Assembly (NCBI GenBank): GCA_964545345.1
Contig: CAZJFE010000001.1
Span: 15,360 to 79,359 of the forward strand
DNA: 64,000 bases
Source: an uncultured Candidatus Saccharibacteria bacterium
GTDB lineage: Bacteria > Patescibacteriota > Minisyncoccia > UBA6257 > WO2-44-18
Reading direction: 5' to 3'
Of this stretch, positions 18,310 to 28,222 are shown in pieces. The notes beneath the pieces are model-generated. The model saw only the letters and a list, made by a program, of their open reading frames with translations. It was not told the DNA's origin and did no database searches. Made by a program: the position numbers and the translations under genes. The first letter of the stretch is position 1. Each line of letters starts with the position of its first letter.

Positions 18310-18964
18310 GGCGATCTTATTTTTGGGATTTTTGACCCTGGCTCGATTGGGCGATTTTTCTTTGTTCCCGACCCTACTTTTCATCATTGGAGCGGTAGTT
18401 TTGTATGCTAGGCCGCTTTTCCGAACGGTTGAAAAGCTTGGGGATTTTCTTGTGCTGATGTTCAGCGCGTTGGTCTTTAATCTGGTTTTTATTGATTCTC
18501 TGGATTTTTTCTTTTCCGCCGCCTGTTATTCGCTGCTTTTCTTTTTGTTGGTTGGTATCAAGGATTTGATTCTAATCAATCGTAGTTTTTGGTCTGTCGT
18601 TTTGAATTTCGGATTGGCTTATCCGATCTTTCTGATCTTTTTTCAGGGTCATTTCGCCGGAGTTTGGTGGAAGGCGCCTATTTTGTTTTTCTTGACCCTT
18701 TTACTCAGTAAAAATGTTCTTAAGAGGAGTATGGCAACAGCCCCTTTTTCTTTATTGGTTGTAGAAGTGGCTTGGGCGAGTAGTTTTTTACCGATTGGCT
18801 TTATCGGTTTGGCAAATCTGAACCTGCTTTTTTATGCCGTCACTCTTTCGCTATTTGATTTCCGTGAGCGGGGATTATTAGACAAGAAAAAAATCCTTTC
18901 GTTGCTTTCAATATTTATCGTCTTATCCTTAATTATTTTAGGACTCTCCAGCTGGAGCTTTTAA
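18242..18964 (+). CDS. Polytopic membrane protein of unknown function (start uncertain; probably downstream of the clpB stop at 18309)
   Basis: Highly hydrophobic 240-aa frame overlapping the clpB 3' end; no recognisable motif. Confidence 0.45.
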   Translation: MKLKMEIKLKLISLNPQLRLAFKAILFLGFLTLARLGDFSLFPTLLFIIGAVVLYARPLFRTVEKLGDFLVLMFSALVFNLVFIDSLDFFFSAACYSLLFFLLVGIKDLILINRSFWSVVLNFGLAYPIFLIFFQGHFAGVWWKAPILFFLTLLLSKNVLKRSMATAPFSLLVVEVAWASSFLPIGFIGLANLNLLFYAVTLSLFDFRERGLLDKKKILSLLSIFIVLSLIILGLSSWSF

Positions 18965-19182
18965 TCTTCTTAGCATAAAGAGAGTGAGGTTTTTGCGTAA
19001 TTCCGAACGAGATTCCGAGACGTAGCCCCGCGCGAATAGAGATTTTTTCGGGGACCCTTTAGGGCCGGGAAAATATCGTGAGATGAGCGCGTTTCGGCCG
19101 TCGAAGGTCGAGAGAGGAACTTACGCAAAGACCGAGTGAGCCCTTGATAGTTAATATCCGGTTCGCTAAACTGGGTATCACT

Positions 19183-19872
19183 ATGTCGTTGGATCAAAAA
19201 GCGGTAGAAATTTGTTATGCGTTAGTTCGGGTAGCGGCTCAGATCCGGCGTCCTGAGTTGCGCGCCAGGATTGAGAAGCAGGCCTTTGTTTTTCTTGAAA
19301 ATGTCTCTTCCGGCGATTTCTCCTCGGCGATCAACAACAGTTCAGCGATATCCTCGCTTCTTAAGATTGGCCAAGCCCTTTATGAGGTTGAATCAGTAAA
19401 TGTTTCCGTGATTAGCGGGGAACTGGAATTTGTTAATTCGGCAATGCGGCAATCACTTGGTTTAAATGGTTTGCCTGATTGGCAGAGGATTTTTCCAGAA
19501 CCAGGCAATGTTAAAACTAAACAAGGCAATTCGGCAAATAATCCGGCAATTAGCCGATCAATGAGCGATCTTAGGCCGCCGCAGTCCGGGGTTCCTAATG
19601 GGAACGTTCAACAATCCGTGGACACAACGACCTCCGAGTCTAATGGAATGAACGGAAACGGTTTTGCGGCAACAATGCGGCAATCGGCAATTTTGGAAAA
19701 AATCAGGCAATCCGGCAATGGTCAAATTCAACTGAAAGATATCATTGCCGCATTTCCGGAAACTAGCGAAAGGACTATGCGCTATGATTTGCAAAAACTG
19801 TGCAGTCAGGGCTTAGTTGATCGCGTAGGAAATGGTGGGCCTGGAAGCTATTACGCGCTGCGTAATAAATAG
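19183..19872 (+). CDS. Hypothetical protein with C-terminal DeoR/wHTH-like domain; coding sequence dense in AAT(N)CGGCAAT repeats
   Basis: C-terminal IIAAFPETSERTMRYDLQKLCSQGLVDRVG resembles a DeoR-type HTH; internal repeats MRQS, GNS; ATG 19183 preferred over the TTG at 19144. Confidence 0.5.
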   Translation: MSLDQKAVEICYALVRVAAQIRRPELRARIEKQAFVFLENVSSGDFSSAINNSSAISSLLKIGQALYEVESVNVSVISGELEFVNSAMRQSLGLNGLPDWQRIFPEPGNVKTKQGNSANNPAISRSMSDLRPPQSGVPNGNVQQSVDTTTSESNGMNGNGFAATMRQSAILEKIRQSGNGQIQLKDIIAAFPETSERTMRYDLQKLCSQGLVDRVGNGGPGSYYALRNK

Positions 19873-19970
19873 GAATTACCCTCGTTATACCCTATGTAAT
19901 GACTTTGTGTGAGGCTCAGTCATTCCAGGGTTAATTAAGGGTATTTTTGATGGTGTTGAACCTGGATAAG

Positions 19971-19998
19971 CCTCCCACATTTGGGAGAGTTTTTTTAT
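19971..19998 (+). terminator. Rho-independent terminator
   Basis: cctccca-catt-tgggagag then ttttttta. Confidence 0.65.
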
Positions 19999-20170
19999 TC
20001 CTCACGATAAAGAACTCAGATTCATTACTTGGTAGTAGTTCGTCACAAAGATTGGTTTTCTGTTCTTGGTCGATTCTTCTTCGCGAAAGCGTGGGGGGAC
20101 GAATGGGAAACAATTTAGTAAATCAGTAAAATACAAAAATAATTGTTAGAAAAAAAGGTTAATTAATAAA

Positions 20171-23100
20171 ATGGGAAATTTAACAAAGAAATTTGCTTCA
20201 GTTGCCGTTTCCGCGGCTACTGTTGCATGGCTTTCGGGCTTTTCCATGTTGGTTCCTGTCGCTCACGCGCAGACCAGCTTGCAAGGCCAAATTGACGCTT
20301 TGTTAGCTCAGATCGCTGCCCTTCAGGCCCAGCTGGCCGCAGGTAGCTCAAGCTCTGTCGCCGCCTGCTCTTTCACTCGAGACCTCACCTTGGGTGTAAA
20401 AGGAGACGACGTAATGTGCTTGCAGAAATACCTCAACAGCACTGGCCAGAAAGTTTCAACCAGCGGACCAGGTTCTCCTGGTAGTGAAACGTCATACTTC
20501 GGTTCATTGACCGCGTCGGCTGTTGCCAAATGGCAGGCCGCTAATGGCGTTGCTCCGGCTGCTGGATACTTCGGCAAGATCTCTCGAGCTAAATACTCAG
20601 CGTTAGCAGCTGCGGCTCCGGCCCCAGCTCCTGCTCCTGTTCCTGGAACACCAGCCCCGGTTCCTTCCGGTTCTGGTCTAACTGTATCTTTGGCTGCTGA
20701 TCAGCCAGCTGCCGGTCTTTTCGGCGAATCATTCTCCAGTCGGCCGTTCACGAAGTTAACTCTTCGCGCTTCTGCTGATGGTGATGTCACCGTTAAAGCT
20801 TTGGTAATTGAGCGTCAGGGTCAAGGTGCTGATGCCGCTTTCTCCGGCGTAATTGGCTTGGATGAAGATGGTATCCGCATGGGTGTTTCCAAGACTCTTG
20901 GTTCCGATCACCGCTTGCGCTTAACTGAGACCTTTACGGTCAAAGCTGGTCAAACTCGCACTGTCACCATTTCCGGTGATTCCGATGCTGATCAGAATGA
21001 CTACAATGGTCAATTGGTAAGCTTAGCTTTGGTTGGTGTTGAGGTCGCTGGTAGCACCGCAGTCAATGCTTCCTTCCCCTTGGTTGGAAACAACATGACT
21101 GTTAACTCTACATTGTCTATCGGTAGCGTAACTTTGGCTCGTGGAGCTTTGGATCCTGGATCCGGTCAAACTAAAGAGATCGGTTCTACTGGCTATCGCT
21201 TCTCCGGCTTGAGAGTAACTGCTGGAGCCAATGAAGACGTGTTAGTTCGCTCCGTTAAGTGGAATCAATCCGGTTCCGCTGGTACTGGCGACCTAGCCAA
21301 CGTTAAAGTTGTCTTTGATGGCGTAACCTATGCCACCACTCTTAGCGAGGACAATAAGTACTACGTCGCTAAATTTGGTGACGGTATCAAAATCTTGAAA
21401 GGCCTCAACAAAGAGATGCACGTTCAAGGTGATGTTATCAACGGTTCTGCCAGAACTGCTGACTTTGATCTGTACCGCTACGCAGACTTGCGAGCTACCG
21501 GTTTGACTTATGGATACGACATCTTGCCTACAGCTACTGAAGTAGCCGCTAGCGCGGATGACGGTAACTTCCATGCAGCCGAGCCGAACTTTGATGCTTT
21601 CCAGGCCCACATCGGTTCTGGATCTATCGATGCTCAAAACGCTCCGTCTGTGGGAGCCCAGAACATTGCTATCAACTTAGCTAACCAGCCTCTCGGTGGT
21701 TTCATCGTTGACGTTAAAGGTGAAGACATTACTGTCGCCGCCATTAACTTTGATATGGCTACTGCGGGTGATGCAACGGCTATTGATTCCAACGACGTCA
21801 CCAATATCACTTTGGTTGATGAAGATGGTAAGGTAGTTGCCGGTCCGGTTGACGGTGTTGCTGGTGGTAACAATGCCATCCGCTTCTCCGACACCATTAC
21901 TTTCAAAGTTGGTCGCAAAGTTTACTCCTTGAAAGGTAAGCTAGGCACCGATTTCATCAGTAATGACACGGTTGCCGCTTCTACGACTCCTAGCTCTGAC
22001 TGGACAACTGTTAAAGGTGTAACCTCGGGCGTAACTGTTACCCCGACTCCTTCCAGCGCCGTTACTGGCAGCACAATGACTGTTAAGGCATCTTCCTTGA
22101 CTCTCACTGTCAGCCCAGAAACTAATGCTGGTGGCAGCGATGCTAGCTCGACCGCGCAAAACGTGGTAGCTGGTACTGCTGATTACGTCTTTACCAAGTA
22201 CGTCTTGGATGCTAGCGGCTCCGGCGAGGACCTGAAGATTACCAGTATGTCTCCTCGTTTGGGCTTGAGCGCGGTTAACACTGGCGACGATGTTACCAAT
22301 TGCCAATTGTTAGATGGCAGTGTTGCTCTCAACACTGGCACCAACATTGTCAATCCGACTAACAGCGCGGCCAATGCCGACAACGTTGCCTTCGTATTCG
22401 ATGTCCCGTTAGTGCTCGCGAAAGGAACCATCAAGACCTTGTCTCTCAAGTGCAACTTGATCTCCGGAGCGGACGCTGGCCAGCAATGGCGCTGGGGTAT
22501 CGCTGATGCGGCAGGTAATATGGTCAGCACAGGATCTGTTTCCGGTCAGAGTGTGACCGAGACGATCACTGCCGACAACGGCCGCATTATCACTGGTGTT
22601 GGTGGTGGAACCTTGACGATTGCTCTTGATTCTGCCAGCCCAGCAGTGAAGTTGGTTGCTTCCGGCGCGACAGATCAGACCTTAGCGGTCTTCCGCTTGA
22701 ACGCTACCAATGAAGATATCCGATTGGATACAATTGGTTTGCAGCTCGCTACTTCTACAACTAACGCGGCTGATGGAACTGTTGGTAATGCTTCCAACTC
22801 TCCGAGTGACTTGAGTAAGGTTACTTTGTGGAATGGATCCACTAAAGTTGGTGAAGCTACCTTCAGCTCAACTGATTACGCTACTGGTACTTTGTCCGGC
22901 GTCACTGTTCCGAAGAATGGCCAAATCCTCCTGACTGTTAAGGGAGATATGGCGAACATCGGAACGAACTTGACTGCCCGACCTGGTCACTTGGTAATCA
23001 TCAACTACGATGCTCAATCTAGCTCTGATGAAACCAATCTAGGAGCGGTCGGCGTAGGTCTTTCCTCTGGAACGACTATCGCCGCTGCGGGTGCAGATAG

Positions 23101-23971
23101 TGGCTCTTCTGGCGCTCGTTTGGTAAGGACTGTTCCGACTGTTGAGAAACAAGCCTTGCCATCGGGATCGAAGTTAGCTAACGGCTCAAGAGACTTGTTC
23201 CGCTTCAAAGTTACTGCTCCTTCGGGCGGCAACGGTGTTGGCTTGTACAAGTTCACCTTTGACGTCAGCACTTCTTCCGTGAGCACCTTTGACAATGATC
23301 AGGACGCCGATAAGCTTTCCGCTTTCCGCGTCAATGACTTCATCGTCAAGTGTTACTCGGATGCCGCCTTCAGCGTTGCTTCTTGCGGATCTGCTGACGG
23401 TTCTGGCCAGTTGAACAACGGAGACTTCGCTACTTCTTCGGTTCACGAAGATTTAGGTGGAGATCGTTCCGGCTTGGATATTGCCGCGGCTACTGTTCCG
23501 ACCATGGTTGAGGTTTACTTCAACCCGGCGAACACTGCGGATACTACCCAAGACAACCACGCTGATCCTTCTGAAGCGATCCGCGTCCCAGCTGGTGAAT
23601 CTCGCTACTTCGTCTTGAGCGCGACAGTCGTCGGTTCCGGTACTTCTTCTCCGCAGGTCAGCACCAAGCTTCTTGGTGATGGTCAGTGGTTGAAAGTCCG
23701 GTACACTCCGAACGATCTGTCCACTACGGGCGACAGCGATGACGGTACTACCAATGAGGACGTCACAATCGCTGGTGACAACTGGACAACTGGACGGTAT
23801 GTCTTCGCGACTACTGCCGCGTTGGCCGACACTGGTGATGACGACAACTTCATCTGGTCTGCTCACTCCACGAACACTAGCCAATCCAATGTCGACTACG
23901 ACTGGTTGAACGGCTTCTTGATTCCTGGATTGCCGACCGGTGGAACCACGGCTGAAACTTTGACCCTCTAA
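20171..23971 (+). CDS. Giant secreted cell-surface protein (1266 aa) with N-terminal peptidoglycan-binding-like domain, Pro/Ala linker and long Thr/Ser/Gly/Val/Ala-rich beta-type region (putative S-layer or adhesin)
   Basis: Sec signal peptide ending AHAQ; coiled segment IDALLAQIAALQAQLAA; PG_binding_1-like LTLGVKGDDVMCLQKYLNSTG...AVAKWQAANGVAPAAGYFGKISRAKY; APAPAPAPVPGTPAPVP linker; low-complexity remainder. Confidence 0.75.
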   Translation: MGNLTKKFASVAVSAATVAWLSGFSMLVPVAHAQTSLQGQIDALLAQIAALQAQLAAGSSSSVAACSFTRDLTLGVKGDDVMCLQKYLNSTGQKVSTSGPGSPGSETSYFGSLTASAVAKWQAANGVAPAAGYFGKISRAKYSALAAAAPAPAPAPVPGTPAPVPSGSGLTVSLAADQPAAGLFGESFSSRPFTKLTLRASADGDVTVKALVIERQGQGADAAFSGVIGLDEDGIRMGVSKTLGSDHRLRLTETFTVKAGQTRTVTISGDSDADQNDYNGQLVSLALVGVEVAGSTAVNASFPLVGNNMTVNSTLSIGSVTLARGALDPGSGQTKEIGSTGYRFSGLRVTAGANEDVLVRSVKWNQSGSAGTGDLANVKVVFDGVTYATTLSEDNKYYVAKFGDGIKILKGLNKEMHVQGDVINGSARTADFDLYRYADLRATGLTYGYDILPTATEVAASADDGNFHAAEPNFDAFQAHIGSGSIDAQNAPSVGAQNIAINLANQPLGGFIVDVKGEDITVAAINFDMATAGDATAIDSNDVTNITLVDEDGKVVAGPVDGVAGGNNAIRFSDTITFKVGRKVYSLKGKLGTDFISNDTVAASTTPSSDWTTVKGVTSGVTVTPTPSSAVTGSTMTVKASSLTLTVSPETNAGGSDASSTAQNVVAGTADYVFTKYVLDASGSGEDLKITSMSPRLGLSAVNTGDDVTNCQLLDGSVALNTGTNIVNPTNSAANADNVAFVFDVPLVLAKGTIKTLSLKCNLISGADAGQQWRWGIADAAGNMVSTGSVSGQSVTETITADNGRIITGVGGGTLTIALDSASPAVKLVASGATDQTLAVFRLNATNEDIRLDTIGLQLATSTTNAADGTVGNASNSPSDLSKVTLWNGSTKVGEATFSSTDYATGTLSGVTVPKNGQILLTVKGDMANIGTNLTARPGHLVIINYDAQSSSDETNLGAVGVGLSSGTTIAAAGADSGSSGARLVRTVPTVEKQALPSGSKLANGSRDLFRFKVTAPSGGNGVGLYKFTFDVSTSSVSTFDNDQDADKLSAFRVNDFIVKCYSDAAFSVASCGSADGSGQLNNGDFATSSVHEDLGGDRSGLDIAAATVPTMVEVYFNPANTADTTQDNHADPSEAIRVPAGESRYFVLSATVVGSGTSSPQVSTKLLGDGQWLKVRYTPNDLSTTGDSDDGTTNEDVTIAGDNWTTGRYVFATTAALADTGDDDNFIWSAHSTNTSQSNVDYDWLNGFLIPGLPTGGTTAETLTL

Positions 23972-24000
23972 GACTTGAGACTTAGTAGGTTAGGCACAAA

Positions 24001-24030
24001 CCCCCGCTTGAAAAAGCGGGGGTTTTGCTT
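24001..24030 (+). terminator. Rho-independent terminator after the giant surface-protein gene
   Basis: cccccgctt-gaaaa-agcggggg then ttttgcttt. Confidence 0.75.
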
Positions 24031-24044
24031 TAAAATAGGTAATT

Positions 24045-24833
24045 ATGAGAAAACAGCTTCTATTGATCGTCTTAAGCCTGTTAGTTATCGTTGGCGGTGG
24101 TGCCGGTATTTATTTTGGAGTTTTCAGCGAGGACCCCGTCGTTACATCGGAGGAAGTTCCGGTTGTTGATGGTTCACAAACCGGTTCAACGACCGATCCC
24201 GAAATCGTGGAGAATTCTCGACCTAAATATCAGGGGCAGGCACTGCGTTTTATTGGCAGTGACCCGGTGGTTAAAACTTTGGCTGCCGAGATTATAGCGG
24301 AGAAAAAGGTGGAACTGAATAAATTTGCCGAGATCGCGGAGAAAAATCCTTCCGACAGTTTGGCCTGGCTGAAGATCTCGGAAATCAAGAAGTTTTTCAA
24401 CAACTACAAAGGATCCGTCGATGCTTTGGAATACATCAAACTGACATCCCCGGATGATTTCCTGGTGAATCTTAACCTTGGTAATTTGTATGGTTTTTAC
24501 CTTAAGGATTACAAGAGAGCGGAGCAGAATTTCGCAAACGCTATGAATCACAGCGGCGGCGATCAACTGGTGGCAGCCATCTCCGCTTTAGCTGATTTGT
24601 ATAAAGATTTTTATAAAGAAAAGTATGATCAAGTTGATGATCTGTTGTTGATCGGCATTGAAGCAATCCCCAGCGACGTTAACTTAGTGATGAAGCTGGC
24701 CTTTTACTACAAAGAAGTAAACAACAAAGAGGGGGCCATTCAGTCTTTTGAAAGACTCCTGTCCATGCCCGGCCTAACGGGCGCGCAGCAGCAGGCTTTT
24801 GAAGCAGAAATAGCGGCGCTGAAGAAGGCCTAG
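24045..24833 (+). CDS. Membrane-anchored protein with TPR-like helical repeats
   Basis: N-terminal TM LLLIVLSLLVIVGGGAGIYFGVF; C-terminal helical repeats (LGNLYGFYLKDYKRAEQNFANAM, LAFYYKEVNNKEGAIQSFERLL). Confidence 0.55.
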   Translation: MRKQLLLIVLSLLVIVGGGAGIYFGVFSEDPVVTSEEVPVVDGSQTGSTTDPEIVENSRPKYQGQALRFIGSDPVVKTLAAEIIAEKKVELNKFAEIAEKNPSDSLAWLKISEIKKFFNNYKGSVDALEYIKLTSPDDFLVNLNLGNLYGFYLKDYKRAEQNFANAMNHSGGDQLVAAISALADLYKDFYKEKYDQVDDLLLIGIEAIPSDVNLVMKLAFYYKEVNNKEGAIQSFERLLSMPGLTGAQQQAFEAEIAALKKA

Positions 24834-25945
24834 GATAGATAAGCGGTTTTGGTTTGTTCAACCATTTTGGCTAAATTGAGTTGTTCTTTTAAGAACAACT
24901 GGCCTTCTTTGGCGAAATACTGCGCTTTCTCTTTGTTTTTAAGGTAGAAATCAATTGCTCGCGCGAGCTCGTCGGGTTGTTGGGGTTGCATTACTAACCC
25001 TCGGCCATCAACTATCTCTGGCATTCCCCCCACTCTGGTGGTGATCACCGGTACTCCGGCCGCCATTGCTTCGAGTAGCGTGTATGGCAGTCCCTCTTTG
25101 ATTGAGGACAGTAAGAAAATATCAAATGCCTTTAAATATGGAGCGGCGGGAGCCAGGCCAGGTAAGATAAAGAATCTATTTTCCAAACCCCTCTTTTTTA
25201 TCACTTTCGTAAGCCGGTCTTTCAAATAGCCATCACCAATGATGAAAAATTTTGCTTCCGGATTTTTTACCAAAGCCGCGGCATTAATAAAGTCGTGATA
25301 ACTTTTCTCCGAAACCAATCGGCCGATGGAGCCAATCCAGATGCCTTGGTCAGATCCTGATTGGGACAAGGTGGCGATTGTTTTTCTGGCCGTCCGGCGA
25401 TCTAGGAACCTGAGATTTTTCCAATCCAACCCGTTGTAGACAGTGATCAGCTTCTTTTCTTCACCTACTTGGTGTCTGATTGCTAGCTTCTTGTCATATT
25501 CAGAAACGTTAATTATTTTATCCTGAAAACGGGCGGCGATTTTGTGAAGGAGTATATACAACTTCCTTTTAGCAAAGTTTAGGTCGTTGTCAGGGTTAAA
25601 AACCCAGCCGTGCGCCGTGAAGATAACTTTTTTTACTCCGGCGAGTTTCGCGGCCACCGCTCCAATAACTCCCGCCTTTGAGCTGTTGAGATGGACGATA
25701 TCCGGGCGCTCTTTTTTTAACAAGAAGAAAAGTTCGGCCAGAGCCAGCCAGTCGTTGGCGAACAAAAAGTGTGGCCTCAGCTTATTAGACAGGAATCGGA
25801 CCCCTTTATTGCCGCCAGTTATTATCTTGGTTTCATGGCCGGACTTAGTAAACTCTTCCGCGAGATCGCGGACGTACTTTTGGGCTCCGCCAACGTCGTC
25901 TTTTGTAACTAGATAAAGAATTTTCATCCCCTTTAATTCTACCAA
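24830..25945 (-). CDS. Glycosyltransferase family 4 (GT-B)
   Basis: GT4 C-terminal signature SSIKEGLPYTLLEAMAAGVPVITTRVGGMPEIV. Confidence 0.85.
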   Translation of the reverse strand: MVELKGMKILYLVTKDDVGGAQKYVRDLAEEFTKSGHETKIITGGNKGVRFLSNKLRPHFLFANDWLALAELFFLLKKERPDIVHLNSSKAGVIGAVAAKLAGVKKVIFTAHGWVFNPDNDLNFAKRKLYILLHKIAARFQDKIINVSEYDKKLAIRHQVGEEKKLITVYNGLDWKNLRFLDRRTARKTIATLSQSGSDQGIWIGSIGRLVSEKSYHDFINAAALVKNPEAKFFIIGDGYLKDRLTKVIKKRGLENRFFILPGLAPAAPYLKAFDIFLLSSIKEGLPYTLLEAMAAGVPVITTRVGGMPEIVDGRGLVMQPQQPDELARAIDFYLKNKEKAQYFAKEGQLFLKEQLNLAKMVEQTKTAYLS

Positions 25946-25958
25946 TTTATAAGATAAT

Positions 25959-27116
25959 ATGAGACCAATGTCAAAGCTACGTCCCCGGACCGCTATTTTT
26001 AGCTTGGCCTACGATCCGTTCGTTGGCGGAGCGGAGATTGCGGTTCGCGAGATTGTTCGCCGTCTCCCCGGATCGGATTTCGTCATTTTGACCAGGCGGT
26101 TTGATAATGGTTGGCCGCCGATTGAATTCTCGGACAATTATTCGGTTGTGCGTTTAGGGCGCGGCCGTTCTGATGGGAATTATTATGGCGGTTTTTTTAG
26201 GAAAATCTCCTACATCTTTTCGGCCTATCGGTGGGCGGCGCGAGCGCACGCGACCGATCCCTTCACAGCAGTTTGGGCAGTGATGGCGTCTTATGCCGGT
26301 ATCGCCGCGCTGTTTTTTAAGTTGCGTCATCCTGAAGTGCCGCTGTTACTCACCCTGCAGGAGGGAGATTCGGAGATTCATATACTTAGCCGAGTTGGGA
26401 TATTTTATCCGCTTTGGAAATTAATTTTTAAAAAAGCAGATTATGTTCAGGCCATCAGTAACTTTTTGGCTGATTTTGCTAGACGTCACGGCGCGCGTTG
26501 TCCGGTAGAGGTGGTGCCCAACGGCGTTGATTTGGAAAGCTATGAATTATCTGCTGTTAAATCCAAGGGAAATTCTTTCAATGTCGTCACCACCTCGCGT
26601 CTTGTTACAAAAAACGCAGTTGATACTTTGATAAAATCCGCTGAGTACATAGATTCTCATGTCAATTATCTAATTTACGGTTCCGGTCCGGATCATGATC
26701 GACTTGCCGGCCTGGCGAACGCGGTGAGTGGAAAGAATCCTAACGCGACAGTGCGCTTTTTGGGTCATGTAAGTCCGGATGATATACCGGAAGTTTTGGG
26801 TGCGGCTCAAGTTTTTGTCCGGGCTTCACGATCAGAGGGGCTGGGCAATTCTTTTTTAGAGGCCATGGCGGCCGGTGTTCCGGTGATTGGCACCAGGGTT
26901 GGAGGAATACCAGATTTTTTGATCGATGAGGAGACCGGATTGTTTGTTGAGGTTGATAATCCTAAGGATCTTGCTGAGAAGATTCTAAGTTTGAAAAATG
27001 ACCCGGCTTTGCGGGAGAGGTTGAGCCACAACGGAAAGAAGTTGGTCAAAGAAAAGTATTCCTGGGATAACATTGCGTTCAGAATGGAAAACATTTTCAA
27101 AAAATTATGCGTGTAA
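25959..27116 (+). CDS. Glycosyltransferase family 4
   Basis: RSEGLGNSFLEAMAAGVPVIGTRVGGIPDFL. Confidence 0.85.
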   Translation: MRPMSKLRPRTAIFSLAYDPFVGGAEIAVREIVRRLPGSDFVILTRRFDNGWPPIEFSDNYSVVRLGRGRSDGNYYGGFFRKISYIFSAYRWAARAHATDPFTAVWAVMASYAGIAALFFKLRHPEVPLLLTLQEGDSEIHILSRVGIFYPLWKLIFKKADYVQAISNFLADFARRHGARCPVEVVPNGVDLESYELSAVKSKGNSFNVVTTSRLVTKNAVDTLIKSAEYIDSHVNYLIYGSGPDHDRLAGLANAVSGKNPNATVRFLGHVSPDDIPEVLGAAQVFVRASRSEGLGNSFLEAMAAGVPVIGTRVGGIPDFLIDEETGLFVEVDNPKDLAEKILSLKNDPALRERLSHNGKKLVKEKYSWDNIAFRMENIFKKLCV

Positions 27117-28222
27117 CCATTGCGACAGGAATTTACCCTCCAGATTTAGGCGGACCAGCCAAGCATGCTGAGGCGATGCGTAAATTTTTGGAATCCCGAA
27201 ACTGCAAGGTGGCAGTGGTCGCATTTGGCGCTAGTCGGGAAGGAGTTTGGGGTGTGCCTCGTTTTCTGCCATTCGGATTACGTCATTTCGTTTATTTCCT
27301 ACGCTGTCTGACGGCGGCCTTTGTTTCTGATCTGATTTACGCGCAGGATGCGGTCGGCGTGGGATTACCGGCTTTGCTGGCGGCGAAGTTATTACGCCGG
27401 AAATTCGTAGTTAGGGTTGGGGGTGATTTGGTTTGGGAGAGGATCAACGAAAGAGCGAGGCGTTCAGTATCCTTAAAAGAACTCTATGTCGGCCGCCAAT
27501 ATCTTTGGAAGGCGCCTGTTTATTATTGGTTGACCCGTTGCGTGTTGAGTTTCGCGGACGCCGTGATTGTTCCTGCCGCTATGCTGAAAGATTTGTACTC
27601 GCGGCAGTATAATATTGATTCGCGAAAGATTTTTCATTTTCCGAACCCTGAGCTGGTTCCGGAATTTGTAAAGGAAATGTCGCGCGTGGAGACTGACCGT
27701 ATTTTGTTCGCGGGCAGATTTGTCACTTATAAAAATCTGGATTTATTGATGCGAGCTTTTGATCAGGCGAGGCGGCGATCTGGCCGAGGCCAGTTAGTAC
27801 TAGTCGGTGATGGTCCGGAACGTCATCATTTGGAAACCCTCCGGAATCAGTTGAGCGCAAAAGATTTCATAGAAATCCGCTTTCCTATTTCACGGGAAGA
27901 GCTGGCCCATCTGATCAGCGATTCGGGGGTTTGTGTTGGCCCGGCTCTGACGGAATTTAATCCTAATTTTATTTTGGAGTGTCTGGCTATGGAGAAGCCG
28001 GTTCTAATCAGCGCGGAGAATGGCCTGTCGGTGAGATTGCCGGTTTCGTGGATTTTTGATGCTCGGAGTGAGTCGGAACTTGTTCAGAAAATTGAAAAGA
28101 TGCTTGACGGCCGGCAATATCAAAATGCAATTTTAGAATTGGAAAAGATTCCTCCGACGCCGGCATGGGAGGAAACGGCCGAAAATATTTTCTCAACATT
28201 CACAAAACTATGCGGATATTAA
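27107..28222 (+). CDS. Glycosyltransferase family 4-like
   Basis: N-terminal IATGIYPPDLGGPAKHAEAM, central FAGRFVTYKNLDLLMRAF; GT-B fold pattern. Confidence 0.7.
   Translation: MRVTIATGIYPPDLGGPAKHAEAMRKFLESRNCKVAVVAFGASREGVWGVPRFLPFGLRHFVYFLRCLTAAFVSDLIYAQDAVGVGLPALLAAKLLRRKFVVRVGGDLVWERINERARRSVSLKELYVGRQYLWKAPVYYWLTRCVLSFADAVIVPAAMLKDLYSRQYNIDSRKIFHFPNPELVPEFVKEMSRVETDRILFAGRFVTYKNLDLLMRAFDQARRRSGRGQLVLVGDGPERHHLETLRNQLSAKDFIEIRFPISREELAHLISDSGVCVGPALTEFNPNFILECLAMEKPVLISAENGLSVRLPVSWIFDARSESELVQKIEKMLDGRQYQNAILELEKIPPTPAWEETAENIFSTFTKLCGY

Noticed and set aside
21293-22530. Several 60-120-aa minus-strand ORFs inside the giant surface-protein gene
   Set aside because: They sit in a GC/Thr-Ala-rich low-complexity region, are on the antisense strand of a continuous 3.8-kb frame with a signal peptide, and have no starts with an SD.
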